A stretch of DNA of 25,606 bases from Patescibacteria group bacterium (GTDB lineage: Bacteria > Patescibacteriota > Patescibacteriia > UBA11705 > JABHMO01). The notes under the pieces were generated by a model. That model was not told the origin of the DNA. It made no database searches and saw only the letters and a list, made by a program, of their open reading frames with translations. A program made the position numbers and the translations under genes. Each line of letters begins with the position of its first letter. Within the stretch, counting starts at the first letter, position 1. The DNA is taken from assembly GCA_038062385.1 (NCBI GenBank), contig JBBTXH010000082.1:3749-29354 (forward strand), given 5' to 3'. Shown in pieces: positions 23,715 to 25,606 of this stretch.

Positions 23715-23715
23715 C

Positions 23716-25527
23716 TTACACTTCAATAACTACCGGCAAAATCATCGGTCGTCTTTCAGTTTTCTGGTAAAGAAATTGACCAATGGCGTCGCGGAGTTTG
23801 TTTTTGAGTTCAAGCGGATCAAAAACAGTGCGTTTTTTGCCGACAACTTTTTTTACCAGAGCGCGAGCGTCTTCAATCAGCTGTTTGCTTTCTTTCATGT
23901 AAACAAAACCGCGGGAAATGATATCCGGACTGCCCATCAGTTCTCCGGTTTTTCGTTTCACGGTGGTAATAACCACGAACATACCGTCTTCAGCCATCAT
24001 GCGGCGGTCGCGCAGCACAATCCTCGAACCCTCGCCCACGCCCAGGCCGGCCACCATGACGTAGTCAGTCGGCACTTTTTCTTCGGTCAAACGGCCGAGA
24101 GTTTCTTGTTGATTTTGGCTTCTGAAAAATTCCATCACCTGTCCATTGGCGGCCACAAAAATATTTTCTTTCGGAACGCCGACGCTTTCCGCGAGTTGGC
24201 CGTGAATTCTCAGCATGTAATGATTGGCTTCAATCGGAATAAAATATTTCGGTTTGAGCAAACGAATCACCAGCTTCAAATCTTCTTGCTTGGCGTGTCC
24301 GCCGGCATGAATATCCATGTGCTGATAGTGATAAACCCTCGCGCCTTGTTTGTAGAAAGTGTCTTTTAGATTTTGAATAGTGCGTTCATTGCCCGGAATA
24401 ACGGAAGAAGAGAAGACAATGGAGTCGCCTTCTTCAACGCTGAGGAATCTGTGTTCTTTATTAGCAATGCGATTCAAAACCGCATTTTTTTCACCTTGCG
24501 CGCCGGTGCCGATGACCGTGATTTTGTTGTTCGGCAGACGTTTCATTTCATTCTCATCGATCAAAGTGCCTTTTTGAAATCTGATATAGCCGAGTTGGTG
24601 AGCGATTTCAATGTTTGTGTTCATACTGCGTCCGTCGAGATAGATTTTGCGGCCGAATTTTTCCGCGGCCGTGATGATTTGTTGAATACGATTGATGAGA
24701 GAGGCGAATGTTCCGACAATAATACGGCCTTGAGCTTCTTGAAAAATTTGTTCAATGGAATGAGTGATTTCCCCTTCGGAAATTTGATGTCCGCGATGCT
24801 CAGCGTCAGTGCTGTCAGCCATGAGCGCGAGAACTCCGCGACTGCCGATCTGCGCCACGCGACCCAGATCAATTGGTTTGTCGTTAATCGGGCTCAAATC
24901 AACTTTAAAGTCGCCGGTGTGAACAATCGTTCCGACCGGTGTGTGCAGAACCGCGGCAAAACTGTCCGGAATATTGTGATTAACGCGAAAAAATTCTACG
25001 TTAAATGAACCTAGACGAATAATGTCTTTGTCAGGATTAATAACGCGCAGATCAAGAGGCTGTTTGCCATATTCCTCATGTCGTTTTTTAATAAATCCGG
25101 CAGTGAGCGGAGCGGTGTAAATGGGCGGATTGCCCAGCTCCGGACAGAGATGAGAGACCGCGCCGATGTGGTCGTAATGTCCGTGGGTGATGATCACTCC
25201 GCGGATGTTTTTGATTTTTGTTTTGAGATAAGTGATGTCCGGAATAATGTAATCAATGCCGGGCATGTCTTCCTCGGGGAATTGAAGTCCCATGTCGATA
25301 ATGACAATGTCCTGACCGTATTCGAGCACGGTCATGTTGCGGCCGACTTCTTCGAGGCCGCCGAGGACCATGATGCGCAACCGCGGCGAGCCGTCTGACT
25401 TAACGGCCGGAACGATTGGTTTCGGTGCAGCGATGATCGGACGATTCGTTCTCTGCGGCAGACCTGACTGCGTATGCGGTCCACGCCGTCTGAACGGTTG
25501 ATAATGTTTGGTGTTTCTTTGAATCAT
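23716..25527 (-). CDS. rnj: Ribonuclease J
   Basis: LGGLEEVGRNM, ITHGHYDHIG metallo-beta-lactamase motif, HTGDFK, beta-CASP SSSVIPGNE, HAGGHA, RRPMILPVVIEV. Confidence 0.97.
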   Translation of the reverse strand: MIQRNTKHYQPFRRRGPHTQSGLPQRTNRPIIAAPKPIVPAVKSDGSPRLRIMVLGGLEEVGRNMTVLEYGQDIVIIDMGLQFPEEDMPGIDYIIPDITYLKTKIKNIRGVIITHGHYDHIGAVSHLCPELGNPPIYTAPLTAGFIKKRHEEYGKQPLDLRVINPDKDIIRLGSFNVEFFRVNHNIPDSFAAVLHTPVGTIVHTGDFKVDLSPINDKPIDLGRVAQIGSRGVLALMADSTDAEHRGHQISEGEITHSIEQIFQEAQGRIIVGTFASLINRIQQIITAAEKFGRKIYLDGRSMNTNIEIAHQLGYIRFQKGTLIDENEMKRLPNNKITVIGTGAQGEKNAVLNRIANKEHRFLSVEEGDSIVFSSSVIPGNERTIQNLKDTFYKQGARVYHYQHMDIHAGGHAKQEDLKLVIRLLKPKYFIPIEANHYMLRIHGQLAESVGVPKENIFVAANGQVMEFFRSQNQQETLGRLTEEKVPTDYVMVAGLGVGEGSRIVLRDRRMMAEDGMFVVITTVKRKTGELMGSPDIISRGFVYMKESKQLIEDARALVKKVVGKKRTVFDPLELKNKLRDAIGQFLYQKTERRPMILPVVIEV

Positions 25528-25606
25528 AACTTTTTTGTCTGTGTTATGCGCACGATATTTTAGAAGACGCGCGGATAACGTTCGTGAAGTTTAAAATTTA
25601 AATAGA

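Noticed and set aside
23629-25398. Long plus-strand ORFs (23629..24369, 24373..25008, 25078..25398)
   Set aside because: Antisense shadows of rnj; the apparent hydrophobic N-terminus is just the translated 9-nt array.
1-25606. CRISPR array
   Set aside because: No equal-length repeats with regular unique spacers; the repeats are short-period arrays or dispersed hairpins.
1-25606. Genetic code 25 (TGA=Gly)
   Set aside because: trpS and the second TrmB-like gene end at TGA at expected lengths, and long genes have no internal TGA.

Overview
Chromosomal window of a bacterium using genetic code 11 (genes end in TGA). Gene content suggests Patescibacteria/Parcubacteria (inference). It carries the leuS 3' end, two tandem TrmB-like regulators, two large membrane proteins (one DUF4012-like), a surface-glycan cluster (three GT4 glycosyltransferases plus a polyprenyl sugar-phosphate transferase), a Phd/RelE-type TA pair, RNase P RNA, a cluster of SD-led small ORFans, trpS and rnj. 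Main points of interest: (1) A minus-strand tRNA operon reads Lys(TTT), Ser(TGA) with hairpin insertions in both D- and T-loop, Ser with a rare ACT anticodon, an unassigned 151-nt structured RNA, then Gln(TTG). (2) A ~3.9-kb integrase-free island (tRNA-Glu, Fic, ORFan, frameshifted AEP-primase/SF2 helicase) is bounded by a diverged ~130-bp duplication of tRNA-Gln plus terminator, with a VbhA-like SxxxEG small protein just outside. (3) Several families of tiny repeats invade functional sequence: a TTCGCRTRAAGCTAY loop module with co-varying stems in rnpB (twice), a tRNA D-loop and a gene stop; CTTG-footed hairpins; and inverted 7-10-nt-period arrays that bracket genes, supply start/stop codons and insert in-frame into leuS. 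All coordinates and alignments were done by eye; no database searches were run.
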